Of a stretch of 40,650 bases of DNA, positions 24,721 to 34,429 are shown one piece after another. Origin of the DNA: a virus (taxonomy: Duplodnaviria > Caudoviricetes); IMG/VR virus record IMGVR_UViG_3300012157_000004, positions 1 to 40,650 of that record; one strand, 5' to 3'. The position numbers were made by a program, and so were the translations under genes. Under the pieces are notes generated by a model that ran no database searches, was not told the origin of the DNA, and saw nothing but the letters and a program-made list of their open reading frames with translations. Within the stretch, counting starts at the first letter, position 1; the number at the start of each line of letters is the position of its first letter.

Positions 24721-25078
24721 TTGTTACAGGACGTAACGGAAGGCTCTAAGTCAAAGGGTCAAAGAATGCTGTCGTTCTCACACAACACTCCTAACCTTGC
24801 TCGAAGTCTCAACCTACCCACTTCGGGGAACCGGGGTCCTACCGGGGGAGCACTGCGCGCGCTGCGAGTGAGAGCCAGCCTTATAACCCCTCTGAGAGCG
24901 TGGTTATCATAGATTATTCCCCGATTCCCCTTCCCCTGGGGATAAACCCCCCCCCGGGGTATTCCCCGACGACCCGGCATAGCCCTAGGGGGGTTTAGCC
25001 ATAGCCCTACTCCCCCTGTCAAATTACCTCCTTTTCCACCAAAATAACCCCCTGGGGGCTTAACCTCTCCTCTTCCCC

Positions 25079-25107
25079 TTGACGGGGGGCTTAACTCCCG
25101 GTATTCT
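25079..25107 (+). promoter_or_regulatory. Sigma70-type promoter of the rightward arm, probably leaderless
   Basis: TTGACG - 17 nt - TATTCT, ending 8 nt before ATG 25116; no Shine-Dalgarno. Confidence 0.6.
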
Positions 25108-25115
25108 CCCCGGCT

Positions 25116-25592
25116 ATGGCTGAGATTTCCATTTCCAAGGTCCGTTATACCCATGACGCGATCATCGACGAGATCATTGCCTTCCCCTCTATCTCCCAAG
25201 GGGAGCTTTGCAAACTCTTCGGCTTTACCCAAAGCTGGATGTCGATCATCGTTAACTCGGACGCCTTCAAAAATCGCCTAACCGAGCGAAAAGCCGAGCT
25301 AGTAGACCCCAAAATCCAAGCCTCAGTCAATGAGAGGCTAGAGGCGCTGGCAAAACGCTCTCTCGACAAACTCCTAGACAGGCTCGATACCAATCTCCCG
25401 TTTTCTAACGGCGACCTTATCGCCGCAGCCAAGCTCGGGGTGGGGAGTGCTCCCGTTGTTAACCCCTTCGCCCAAACCAATAACTACATCGTCCAGATGC
25501 CACCCCCCGCCCAAACCGCTAAAGCCTGGATAGAGAACTCCCCCCGGGCTCAAGCCGTACAAGACATCTCCCCCCGGGGTTTAGCTGATTAG
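25116..25592 (+). CDS. HTH protein, putative terminase small subunit
   Basis: HTH-like ISQGELCKLFGFTQSWMSIIV, helical middle, QTNNYIV tail; first gene of the packaging/lysis arm. Confidence 0.55.
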   Translation: MAEISISKVRYTHDAIIDEIIAFPSISQGELCKLFGFTQSWMSIIVNSDAFKNRLTERKAELVDPKIQASVNERLEALAKRSLDKLLDRLDTNLPFSNGDLIAAAKLGVGSAPVVNPFAQTNNYIVQMPPPAQTAKAWIENSPRAQAVQDISPRGLAD

Positions 25593-25604
25593 TTGGGGCG
25601 AAAA

Positions 25605-26108
25605 ATGGTGAGTGACTTCACTACTGCCATAAAGCGTGTCCTCTCCCATGAAGGGGGGTATACAAACAACCCCCACGACCCCGGTGGAGAAACAAACTGG
25701 GGGATAACCTCCCGCACCGCCGCGAAATGGGGCTACAAAGGCGACATGCACTTCCTTTCCAGGGAAGAGGCAGCCCAAATCTACGAAAAAGAGTATTGGC
25801 AAGCCTGTTCCTGCGATCTCCTCCCCTTCTCCCTCGCCTTCCAACTCTTCGACGCCGCCGTTAACTCCGGCCCAACCCAAGCCATAAAATGGCTCCAACG
25901 CTCCCTAGGGGTTGATGATGACGGAGTTATCGGCCCTGTTACCCGTTCCGCTATGAAAGAGGCCCCTTCTGGCTTCCGAACTGGCGCTAACTTCCTCCTC
26001 GCTAGGGGCCGTTTCTACACCTCCCTCCCAACCTGGTCCCACTTCGGGAAAGGGTGGACTAATCGCCTTCTTACCAACCTCGAATTCCTCTTAGAAGACA
26101 CCTTATGA
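25605..26108 (+). CDS. Endolysin, glycoside hydrolase family 108 with peptidoglycan-binding domain
   Basis: HEGGYTNNPHDPGGETNWGIT, FDAAVNSG, LQRSLGVDDDGVIGPVT, FGKGWTNR. Confidence 0.92.
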   Translation: MVSDFTTAIKRVLSHEGGYTNNPHDPGGETNWGITSRTAAKWGYKGDMHFLSREEAAQIYEKEYWQACSCDLLPFSLAFQLFDAAVNSGPTQAIKWLQRSLGVDDDGVIGPVTRSAMKEAPSGFRTGANFLLARGRFYTSLPTWSHFGKGWTNRLLTNLEFLLEDTL

Positions 26109-26542
26109 TCCCCGACCTAACCGGCCTCGGCGCCATCTTCGAATTCGGCGGGAAACTTGTCGATCGCCTCTTTCCCGACAAGATTTCCCAGGAAAAAGAG
26201 AGAAGCGCCGCCCAACTAGCCCTCGCCCAAATGGTGCAAAGTGGGGAGATGGAAGAACTCAAAGTCTCCCTCTCCGCTATCCTTGCCGAGGCGCAAAGTT
26301 CCGACCCCTGGACCTCCCGCGCTAGGCCGAGTTTCATGTACGTTATCTACCTCATGATTCTCGCCGGCATTCCTATGGGCTTCCTCGCCGCCTTCCGCCC
26401 TGAAATCGCTAGCCAAGTCTCCGCCGGCATGCAAGCATGGCTTGCCGCCATTCCTGACTCCCTCTGGGCGCTTTTCGGCGCCGGTTATCTCGGCTACACC
26501 GCTGTCCGGGGCTACGAAAAAGGGAAGGGGGTCACAAAATAA
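26105..26542 (+). CDS. Holin (GTA 3TM holin-like)
   Basis: AEAQSSDPWTSRARP and LFGAGYLGY...RGYEK motifs; hydrophobic helices; overlaps the endolysin stop. Confidence 0.8.
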   Translation: MIPDLTGLGAIFEFGGKLVDRLFPDKISQEKERSAAQLALAQMVQSGEMEELKVSLSAILAEAQSSDPWTSRARPSFMYVIYLMILAGIPMGFLAAFRPEIASQVSAGMQAWLAAIPDSLWALFGAGYLGYTAVRGYEKGKGVTK

Positions 26543-26847
26543 TGGATATCCCTCCCGAGGTAATAAAGCACGCTCCGGGAGTCCTCGGCGCGATAGGTTC
26601 CACCGTTTTCCTAAAAGGCTTCCCATGGATTCAGCGGCTAATCCTCGTAATTCCCGCCTCCGCCCTCGCCCATTACGGCTCCCAATACCTCTCTCACCTA
26701 ACCGACCTGCCTGAGGGGTTAGCTGGCTTTTTCCTCGGCCTTTTCGGCATCGCCCTCGCAGCCAAACTTTTCGACACCCTAAACGAACTCACTCTCGGCT
26801 CTGTTATACAGAAAAAAATCACCCAGTGGCTCGGTGTTAAGGAGTAG
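26542..26847 (+). CDS. Holin-like membrane protein
   Basis: 101 aa, about 3 hydrophobic segments, GFFLGLFG motif; in the lysis cassette. Confidence 0.6.
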   Translation: MDIPPEVIKHAPGVLGAIGSTVFLKGFPWIQRLILVIPASALAHYGSQYLSHLTDLPEGLAGFFLGLFGIALAAKLFDTLNELTLGSVIQKKITQWLGVKE

Positions 26848-26849
26848 AG

Positions 26850-27191
26850 ATGCTAATATACATCTCCCTCGCTTCCCTCGCTATGCTCTGCCTAATCTGC
26901 GTCGCCGGAATTTTCTATGAGCATTTCCGGGAAAACTATTTCCAATTCTTTGGTCTCTGCGGGATCGCCTTCTACGCAGCTTCCCGCTTCTGGAGAATTT
27001 CCCAACTCGATGAGATTTCTCCCCAACAAACCTTCTACCACCTCTCCTTCCTCGCCTTCGCCCTAGGCACGGCCTACAAAACGATTAAGTTCGCTAAAGA
27101 CCACCCCAAACGGCCGAAGAGTCGTCCACCCTCCCCCCAGCAAACGGCAAAGCATGAAAACTCTCCTCTTTCTCCTTCTCGCTTTTCTTAA
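26850..27191 (+). CDS. Membrane protein with basic C-terminal tail
   Basis: RBS AAGGAG; 3 hydrophobic segments. Confidence 0.6.
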   Translation: MLIYISLASLAMLCLICVAGIFYEHFRENYFQFFGLCGIAFYAASRFWRISQLDEISPQQTFYHLSFLAFALGTAYKTIKFAKDHPKRPKSRPPSPQQTAKHENSPLSPSRFS

Positions 27192-27516
27192 CTCCGTTGT
27201 TTTCTCCCAAACAACGCCTTACACGGTCACCTCAGCTTGTCTGCCGGCGACTACCCCTAACTCCCTCACCGCTTCCCCGCCGTATCTCTCCTATAACTCT
27301 GTTGGAGTATGCGTAAAATGGTACTGCTACGACTCCCTCTCCCCGGTAATAACGAAAACCCGCTACTGCGGGACGTGGGCGATCCAGAACCTAGTCGGGG
27401 GTCGGATTCAAACAATCCAAAAGGCGAAGGACCCCTTGGCCTCCCTAAACAGCGCCGGGAAACGGTTTATTATGGTCCCCCTGACCGATCCCTCTATGGC
27501 GGGAATGCCCGACTAA
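27154..27516 (+). CDS. Exported protein with 4 Cys
   Basis: Signal peptide MKTLLFLLLAFLNSVVFS-Q; no lipobox. Confidence 0.55.
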   Translation: MKTLLFLLLAFLNSVVFSQTTPYTVTSACLPATTPNSLTASPPYLSYNSVGVCVKWYCYDSLSPVITKTRYCGTWAIQNLVGGRIQTIQKAKDPLASLNSAGKRFIMVPLTDPSMAGMPD

Positions 27517-27585
27517 TCCCCCTCAACCCAAAAAGCATCGCCATCCTAGCCAAAGAGTGCAATCTCCTCTACAAAGAAGGTAAAG

Positions 27586-29046
27586 TTGGTTGGCCTGCCT
27601 AATCCCCAAGTTGTCTGGTCTCCCCAACCCGGGCCGCAGACCGACTTAGTAACGTGCCCCGTTTTCGAAGTCTTCTTCGGCGGCGCCCGGGGTGGGGGTA
27701 AAACCGAGGGTTCTATCGGAGACTGGCTTTCCCACTCCTCCCAATATGGTGAACTCGCCGCCGGCCTCTTTGTCCGCCGCAAGCTAACCCAGCTCACCGA
27801 CATCATAAAAAGGTTCAAGAGATACGGGAATAAGCTCGGGGCTAAATGGCACGATCAGAAAAAAGAACTCACCATGTCTAACGGGGCGGTGCTAAAATTC
27901 GCCTATCTGGAAAGGGACGACGACGCTGAAGAATACCAGGGCCACGAATATACTAGGGTTTATGTGGAGGAGGTTACAAACTTCCCCTACCCCGACCCGA
28001 TAATGAAGCTAAAAGGGACGCTCCGTTCTGCTGCTGGCGTCCATTGCGGGATGCGGATGACTGGTAACCCCGGCGGTCCCGGCCACCAATGGGTTAAGGA
28101 ACGCTACGTCAAACCCCACCCGGCGGGATATAAAGTAATCACCGAAAAAGAGGAGATCGAACTCCCTGACGGCACCACCATCCTCGCCGAGATAGATCGG
28201 GTCTTTATCCCATCCCGTCTTAGGGATAATCCAAAACTCCTCCAAAACGACCCGACCTACATCATGCGCCTGCGCGATACTGGCTCGGCGCAGCTTGTCA
28301 AAGCCTGGCTAGAAGGCAATTGGGATGGCGTTGATGGGACATTTTTCTCCGAATTCTCTGAGCTTCGCCATGTTATCGGGGGGAAACTCTCTTTCCCCGA
28401 CCACTGGACAATTTTTCGTGCCCTAGATTGGGGTTCCCACGCCCCCTTCTCTGTCGGTTGGTATGCCGTCTCTGACGGGACCCAAGGATTCCCCCACGGC
28501 GCCCTGATAAAGTTCCGCGAGTGGTATGGCTGGAATGGGAAGGCCAATAAGGGGTTGAAGATGTCCGCCGCCTTAGTAGCGCAGGGCATTCTAACCCGGG
28601 AAAGGGACCTCCCAAAGATAAGCTACGGCGTGGCCGATCCTAGCATCTTCGCCAACAACGGCGGTCCGTCCATCGCCGAAATGATGATAGTCGAAGGATG
28701 TTCTTGGCTGCGTGGCGATAATGCCCGCCAACCCGGCTGGGAACAACTCCGCCGCCGTCTTTCTCTCGAACCGCCACTTATCTACTTCCACGAAAGTTGC
28801 GAACATACAATTCGCACCTTACCATACCTCCAGCATGACGAGAAAAATCCTGAGGACCTAGATACCGATGCGGAAGATCACGCGGCGGATGAAACACGCT
28901 ACGCTATTATGTCCCGCCCCTCCGTCACCGAGGAAAAAAAGACCGTTAATGTCTTTGACTTCTCAAAAGCCCGCGCCTTCCCTACCATCACCGAACTGAT
29001 GCAACGGCAAAAAGCCCGCGATCAAGCTAACCGCGCGAGATACTAA
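27586..29046 (+). CDS. terL: Terminase large subunit
   Basis: PQPGPQ, Walker A GGARGGGKT, Walker B VYVEE, coupling motif TGNPGG, nuclease ALDWG, ADPS and EDHAADETRY. Confidence 0.93.
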   Translation: MVGLPNPQVVWSPQPGPQTDLVTCPVFEVFFGGARGGGKTEGSIGDWLSHSSQYGELAAGLFVRRKLTQLTDIIKRFKRYGNKLGAKWHDQKKELTMSNGAVLKFAYLERDDDAEEYQGHEYTRVYVEEVTNFPYPDPIMKLKGTLRSAAGVHCGMRMTGNPGGPGHQWVKERYVKPHPAGYKVITEKEEIELPDGTTILAEIDRVFIPSRLRDNPKLLQNDPTYIMRLRDTGSAQLVKAWLEGNWDGVDGTFFSEFSELRHVIGGKLSFPDHWTIFRALDWGSHAPFSVGWYAVSDGTQGFPHGALIKFREWYGWNGKANKGLKMSAALVAQGILTRERDLPKISYGVADPSIFANNGGPSIAEMMIVEGCSWLRGDNARQPGWEQLRRRLSLEPPLIYFHESCEHTIRTLPYLQHDEKNPEDLDTDAEDHAADETRYAIMSRPSVTEEKKTVNVFDFSKARAFPTITELMQRQKARDQANRARY

Positions 29047-31316
29047 TGGCCGAGATTGTTGAGACCGAAAAGTCCGAAGAAGTCGAGGGCGATAGTGCCC
29101 TCCACGAAGCCAATGAGTGGCTGGACAAGATAAAAACACGGGAAAAGTTCTTCGCCGATGGTTGGTGGAAGCAGGCCGAGAATGCCACCACAATCTACTC
29201 CGCAGAAGGATCGAGAGAGGCGACAGAGCCCTATAACATCCTCTACTCCAACACCGAAGTCCTAAAACCCTCTCTCTATTCCGCCACCCCGAAGCCTGAT
29301 GTTCGGAGTAGATACAAAGAGGTTGACCTCGGCCCCGTCCCGATTGCGGCCGAACGATTCTTAACCACCATCTCCGACCCCCAAAACCCCGGGGACGAAT
29401 CCCTCGATGATGCTATGTCCGAAACGGTCCTATCCGGGCTGGTTCCGGGCATGGGTTTCGTTCGTCTCCGGCACTATCCAGATAAAAACCTCCCAATCTG
29501 CTTTGAGAGTGGGCATTACAAGGGCCTAATCTGGGGGCCGGCCCGTAAATGGGCGAAAGTCCCCTGGCTTGCCTTCCGCCATGAACTAACCCCCGACGAG
29601 ATCTATTCCCAATTCGACATCGAAGGGGAGGATAAGGATAACCTCCAACTCGCGCCGAGCGATGAGGGGGAGAATCGCAAGACCCCCAATCTCTCCGTGG
29701 TTTATGAGCTTTGGGACAAGAAAGAGAAGAAGATTCTCTTCCTCTGCGAAGACTGGAAACAGGTCGTTCTGAAAGAGGGCGAGAATACCCTGAAACTGGA
29801 GGGTTTCTACCCCACCCCTGGCCCGCTTCTCTTAACTCGGAAGCCGGGGAAGCTAACCCCCATCCCCCTCTACGAATACTACCGCCAGCAGGCGGAGGAA
29901 CTTAACCGGGTTACAGTTCGACTGAATAAGGTCCTCTCGGCTATCAAAGTCCGGGGCGCCTATAATGCCCTCCTTGGAACTGAACTCGCCCAAATCCTCG
30001 CCGACGATGATGATAAGGAGAACAAGCTAATCCCCGCCAAAGAGGCCGGGATGTTGGCCCAAAACGGGGGCTTTGATAGGCAGATTTGGATGCTGCCCAT
30101 TGAAAAGCTCATTCAGGTTGCTACGCAACTCTACCAAGCTCGCCAGCAGATCAAGGCGGTCATCTACGAATTGACCGGGATCTCCGATATCCTTCGTGGT
30201 TCTAGTGTCGCCAGCGAAACAGCCACCGCCCAAGACCTTAAAAACAAATGGGGCACGGTCCGCTTGCGGGATATGCAGAAGGCCGTCGCCAATTATGTGA
30301 GGGACCTCTACCGTCTCTCCATCGACTGCGGGGCGAGCCTCATCCCCCCAGAAAAGTGGAATGCTATAATTCAACTCGGCCTCCCCACCGAGAAGGAAAA
30401 AGCCGTCGCCGGCCAGCAAATGCAGTATATGCAGTCTATGGCGCAGCGGATGCAGGCTCAGGGTATTCCCCCACCCCCTCAAGCCCAACAACAACTCCAA
30501 CAAGTCCAGGGGGTTCTGCAAAAACCCTCAATCGAATCGGTCCTAAAGCAACTCGCTTCCGACGCGAATCGGACTTATACCATCAACGTCCAATCCGACT
30601 CCACGGTGGACCTTGATACGGCGACGGACAAGCAGGAAGTCCAAGAATTCATGGCGGCGATGGGTCAGCTTCTCCCCGGCCTGCAAAGTTTCCAAGCCCT
30701 AGGCCCTTCCGGCTTGAACGCCGCTAAGGAAATATTAATCGCCGTCCTGCAACGCTTCAAATTCGGCCTTTCTGTGGTGGACTCGATAAAAGGTATGCAG
30801 ATTCCTCCGCCCCAAGCCCAAGGCCCGACCCCCGAGCAGGAGAAGAAGGACGCCGAGTTGAAACAGGCCGAGGCCAATCTAACCCAGCAACAAGAACAAC
30901 TCAAAAAGCTGCTAACCCAGCTCCAAGACGAGCAGAGGAATTTGGAAACGGCCAAGAAAGAGTTTGAGGCCGAGGTTAAGGTCGTCCGCGCTGAAATGCA
31001 GGCACAGCAGGCTATTTCCCAGGCCCAAGACCAAGCCAAACAGGCCGGCGTCCAGGCAAAAGAGGCGCAAGACAAGGCTACCTTTGTTGAGAGGAGAACT
31101 GAGTTGCAAAGCGCCGCAACCGGCGCTAAGGTAGCCCAGAAATCCCAACAACAAGCGGCCCAGTCTACCGCCCCCCTAATGCAGGGAGTAACACAAGCCA
31201 TAACCGCCCTCCAGCAAGTTGTCCAGACTATGATCGAGCAGGGAAATCGACCGAGGGAGGTTATCAAAACTCCAACCGGCTTCAAATCGGTGATTTCTTT
31301 CGGGGAAGGTAAGTAA
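29046..31316 (+). CDS. Portal protein with long Gln-rich C-terminal coiled coil
   Basis: 756 aa directly after TerL; NILYSN...PSLYS..PKPDV, IYELTGISDILRG...ETATAQ; P22-like barrel-type C-terminus. Confidence 0.88.
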   Translation: MAEIVETEKSEEVEGDSALHEANEWLDKIKTREKFFADGWWKQAENATTIYSAEGSREATEPYNILYSNTEVLKPSLYSATPKPDVRSRYKEVDLGPVPIAAERFLTTISDPQNPGDESLDDAMSETVLSGLVPGMGFVRLRHYPDKNLPICFESGHYKGLIWGPARKWAKVPWLAFRHELTPDEIYSQFDIEGEDKDNLQLAPSDEGENRKTPNLSVVYELWDKKEKKILFLCEDWKQVVLKEGENTLKLEGFYPTPGPLLLTRKPGKLTPIPLYEYYRQQAEELNRVTVRLNKVLSAIKVRGAYNALLGTELAQILADDDDKENKLIPAKEAGMLAQNGGFDRQIWMLPIEKLIQVATQLYQARQQIKAVIYELTGISDILRGSSVASETATAQDLKNKWGTVRLRDMQKAVANYVRDLYRLSIDCGASLIPPEKWNAIIQLGLPTEKEKAVAGQQMQYMQSMAQRMQAQGIPPPPQAQQQLQQVQGVLQKPSIESVLKQLASDANRTYTINVQSDSTVDLDTATDKQEVQEFMAAMGQLLPGLQSFQALGPSGLNAAKEILIAVLQRFKFGLSVVDSIKGMQIPPPQAQGPTPEQEKKDAELKQAEANLTQQQEQLKKLLTQLQDEQRNLETAKKEFEAEVKVVRAEMQAQQAISQAQDQAKQAGVQAKEAQDKATFVERRTELQSAATGAKVAQKSQQQAAQSTAPLMQGVTQAITALQQVVQTMIEQGNRPREVIKTPTGFKSVISFGEGK

Positions 31317-34300
31317 TGTCTCTTCAACTCCGCAAAGTTGCGCACCTAACCCTGGTTTGGGAGTCGGACGCGGATAAATACGTCGGGGTCCTCGATGAAC
31401 AGGGGCAGATAACCTACTTCCCCTACTGGAACGCGGACTATACGGCCATCATCGACCCCTCAGGGGTTTCAGCGCCTGTCGCCAGTGTGGATTCGATCGA
31501 AGCCATTATCCTCGCCAACGATCAGCTTGGGGCTCTCTCGACCCCCATCCAAACTCTAATTAACAACTCCGTTGACACCGCCAAGGATAGGTCGCAACAC
31601 ACCGGGATTGATCCGTCTTCGAACGTTATCATGCCCAACGGGCAATCTCTTGCGCAGTGGTTCGCCACTATGGAAGCCTTTAAGGCGGGCTCTCCCTCTG
31701 GCCCGGATGCGCCGGTTCTAACCACCGCCCCAACCCTCTCCATCGGCCCGCAGGGGATTATCCAGTCGGGAGGCTACGAGACCGCCAGCCCGGCCACCTC
31801 GCACCCGATCACCTTCACCGGCACCATGGTGGCGGGGCACTTCGGCTGGATCGGCATCTTCACGGCCCCAGGCGGGAGCATCACGTCCGTCACGGACAAC
31901 CTGGGCGGGGTTTGGACAGCCGCGCCGTCGGACCAGGGTAGCGGCACAGCGCGCCTGAAGTTGTACTACCGCGCGAACATCCCGACCGGCCTGACCGGCT
32001 TGACGGTGGTGACTCCCTCCACCGAGATGTTCGCCATCTGGCAAGAGCGGGACGACATCCAGCCCTCCTCCCCTGTCGATGTCTCTGATGGGGATGCGTG
32101 GATTGCGACCACTTCCTACACCTCCACAGCAACGCCTGCCACGACAGGCGACGGCATTGCGATCGGCATCGCGCAGACCGAGAGCGGAAGCGGCATCACC
32201 CTCGTCCCCGACTCGCCTTGGGAGACCTTCACCGGCACCGGACTCGACGGCGCGGGTGAACTGCACAGCAGCGCCCTGGGCGGCTTTGTCGCCGCCGCGC
32301 GCGATACCGCTGACGCAACCACCCCGGCCTTCACTGGCACGGCGTCCTCCACCGCGAGCGGCTGGGCGCTCCTTGTCGTCTTCAAGAAGCTCTCCACCGG
32401 CGCAGTAACGGTCGGGGATGATGTTACCATAACTCCAGGTTCTGTTACTAACGGGACGGGCGGGGATCATACTAACGAATTCACAGTTGTCGCCTTGGAT
32501 GTCTCTACCGGAATCGAGACTGAAATCCCGGGCACTAAGGTCGAGAAGGATAATGGCGTAACAACCACCTTCAAAGTTGGGGCTACTCTGTACCAAAAGC
32601 GTTTCTACGCCACCCAGACCCCAATCGACACGGTGACTTTGCAAAGGGGTAATTCAAAATCCTCTGCCCTCTCCGCCGTGGTTAGTGGGACCCTTCCCTC
32701 TAACTCCGTCGCGCCTGACCTTGACCCGACCGGTTCTCAGGCGGCGGGGACAGAGCTAACCCTAGACGTTGGCACATGGTCTAACACCGCAGAGTATGGT
32801 ATCCAGTTCGTAGTAGGCGGCGTCCCGATCGGGGCGAGAGCTTGGCAGACTGGAACAACCCTTGTCTTCCCAACCAACGACACCTATATCGGCCTTGGCG
32901 TGACTGCTAACGTCATTGGCCGGTCGAGCTTGGGGCTGGAATCCGCCGCCGTGAATGCGGGGAATACGGTAACCATCTCCGGCTCCCCGATTGGGTTGGT
33001 TTATACCGCCGCCCCAACATGGCCGGCGAATTTGTATCTCGGCCTCCAGGCTGACTTCACCGAAGGGACCGTAACCGGCACAACAGCCGAAGGTCCGGGT
33101 TGGGATTTCTACAAAAATGGAACTAACCCCGAGAACAAACTCCCCCGGGCTGTTCTCTACCCTGAGCTTAACGCTCATAACTCAATCTCTCTCTTCACCC
33201 CGAGAGCGGCGGACGGCTTCATCGTTGGGGATACGGTCTACATCCTTGAGAAGAGGATGGGGACAGATAGTATCATCTACTCTACCTTCTCCTCGGGGAA
33301 GGCAGTCGCCGCTGCCCCGGCGACCTTAGCCCTAACCCTCTCTTCCCAAGCCTCGGCGGGATTTAACTTCATCGCTGGTTCTCCCGTGACGGCAGTTATC
33401 GTCGGCGCTATTGTAGGGGGGACGGGACCCTACAACGTAACCTCCAGCGGCTTGGCCTCCATCGGCTTGATTGCGTCGGTGGTGGGTAGTAACGTGGTTT
33501 TGAATGGAACCCCGACGACTATTTCCTCCGCTACCTACTCCGTAACGTTGTCGGATAGTGGAGGTGGCACGCCTGTTGCACAGTCGTTCTCGATAACTAT
33601 CTCTTCCGGCTCCGGGATTATCCCCCTTCCCGCCCTGATCTATACCGACGCGGCGGTAGCCATCTCGGGAAGTAATACCCCTCCCTACGACGGAATTACC
33701 GCCCATACCTACGGCGGCGTTGTGGTCCTCGGGCCGAACGGCGACGGACGGAACCGGCACCGGCTCGTGCAGGGCGCCCCGTCGATCTCGGGCGGCGTGC
33801 GGAACGAGCTTCTGTGGTTCGACACGCGGATGATCGAGGGCCAGCCGTGGTGGAGCGCGTGGGACATCCTCTTCGACATCGCGGGGGAGTACCCGGTCGG
33901 CGTGTTCAACAGCTATGACTACTTCCTCGTCGCGCAGGCGCACACACCACTGAGCGGAAATACTCAACCTGACATCGCGTGCTTCATCAACCGCCAAGCG
34001 GGTCCATCTGTTCCGTGTACTATAAACTGGCGGATCGCTGGCACGGCCAACGCTCCGGTGGCGGGGAGTACCGCGAACGACTCGCAGCCAGCCTACTTCG
34101 GGGCGCAAGACGTGGTGCAGGGCACGCGCATGCGCTTCATCACGCGGCACGTCCCTGGCTGGCTCGCATCCCACGGCCCCCGAATCGACATGTGGGTCCG
34201 CAACGGCTCGGCCACCTCGTGGACGCAGCTTGTCACGAACTACACGAACTACCCCAATACTTACAACAACGGCGGCGACACCAACAACCGCAGCTACGTC

Positions 34301-34429
34301 CGCATCGGCGGGTACAAGTGGACCGACTCCGAGTGGAACAACACCCCGATCTCGTGGGTTCAGAGCCCGCTGTACTTCGGCCGGGGGGATAACCTCTTCG
34401 ACCAGGCAGCGGCAGCATTGGCGGGATAA
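31316..34429 (+). CDS. Mosaic fibre/spike protein: Ig-like repeats plus C-terminal polysaccharide-lyase-like jelly-roll domain
   Basis: 1037 aa; DRSQHTG motif; repeats such as PSNSVAP...GTELTLDVGTW; C-terminal RNELLW...WWSAW...AQAH...YVRIGGY resembles ConA-fold polysaccharide lyases. Confidence 0.55.
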   Translation: MSLQLRKVAHLTLVWESDADKYVGVLDEQGQITYFPYWNADYTAIIDPSGVSAPVASVDSIEAIILANDQLGALSTPIQTLINNSVDTAKDRSQHTGIDPSSNVIMPNGQSLAQWFATMEAFKAGSPSGPDAPVLTTAPTLSIGPQGIIQSGGYETASPATSHPITFTGTMVAGHFGWIGIFTAPGGSITSVTDNLGGVWTAAPSDQGSGTARLKLYYRANIPTGLTGLTVVTPSTEMFAIWQERDDIQPSSPVDVSDGDAWIATTSYTSTATPATTGDGIAIGIAQTESGSGITLVPDSPWETFTGTGLDGAGELHSSALGGFVAAARDTADATTPAFTGTASSTASGWALLVVFKKLSTGAVTVGDDVTITPGSVTNGTGGDHTNEFTVVALDVSTGIETEIPGTKVEKDNGVTTTFKVGATLYQKRFYATQTPIDTVTLQRGNSKSSALSAVVSGTLPSNSVAPDLDPTGSQAAGTELTLDVGTWSNTAEYGIQFVVGGVPIGARAWQTGTTLVFPTNDTYIGLGVTANVIGRSSLGLESAAVNAGNTVTISGSPIGLVYTAAPTWPANLYLGLQADFTEGTVTGTTAEGPGWDFYKNGTNPENKLPRAVLYPELNAHNSISLFTPRAADGFIVGDTVYILEKRMGTDSIIYSTFSSGKAVAAAPATLALTLSSQASAGFNFIAGSPVTAVIVGAIVGGTGPYNVTSSGLASIGLIASVVGSNVVLNGTPTTISSATYSVTLSDSGGGTPVAQSFSITISSGSGIIPLPALIYTDAAVAISGSNTPPYDGITAHTYGGVVVLGPNGDGRNRHRLVQGAPSISGGVRNELLWFDTRMIEGQPWWSAWDILFDIAGEYPVGVFNSYDYFLVAQAHTPLSGNTQPDIACFINRQAGPSVPCTINWRIAGTANAPVAGSTANDSQPAYFGAQDVVQGTRMRFITRHVPGWLASHGPRIDMWVRNGSATSWTQLVTNYTNYPNTYNNGGDTNNRSYVRIGGYKWTDSEWNNTPISWVQSPLYFGRGDNLFDQAAAALAG

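Noticed and set aside
24691-25232. ORFs across the control region (24691-24912 + and 24759-25232 -)
   Set aside because: Translations of the microsatellite and G/C runs, with no RBS or motifs; one is antisense to the putative small terminase.
31718-34174. Long antisense ORFs (308 aa at 31718-32644 and 280 aa at 33332-34174)
   Set aside because: They coincide with GC3-rich segments of the fibre gene, where antisense stops are rare; Arg/Gly-rich translations without motifs.
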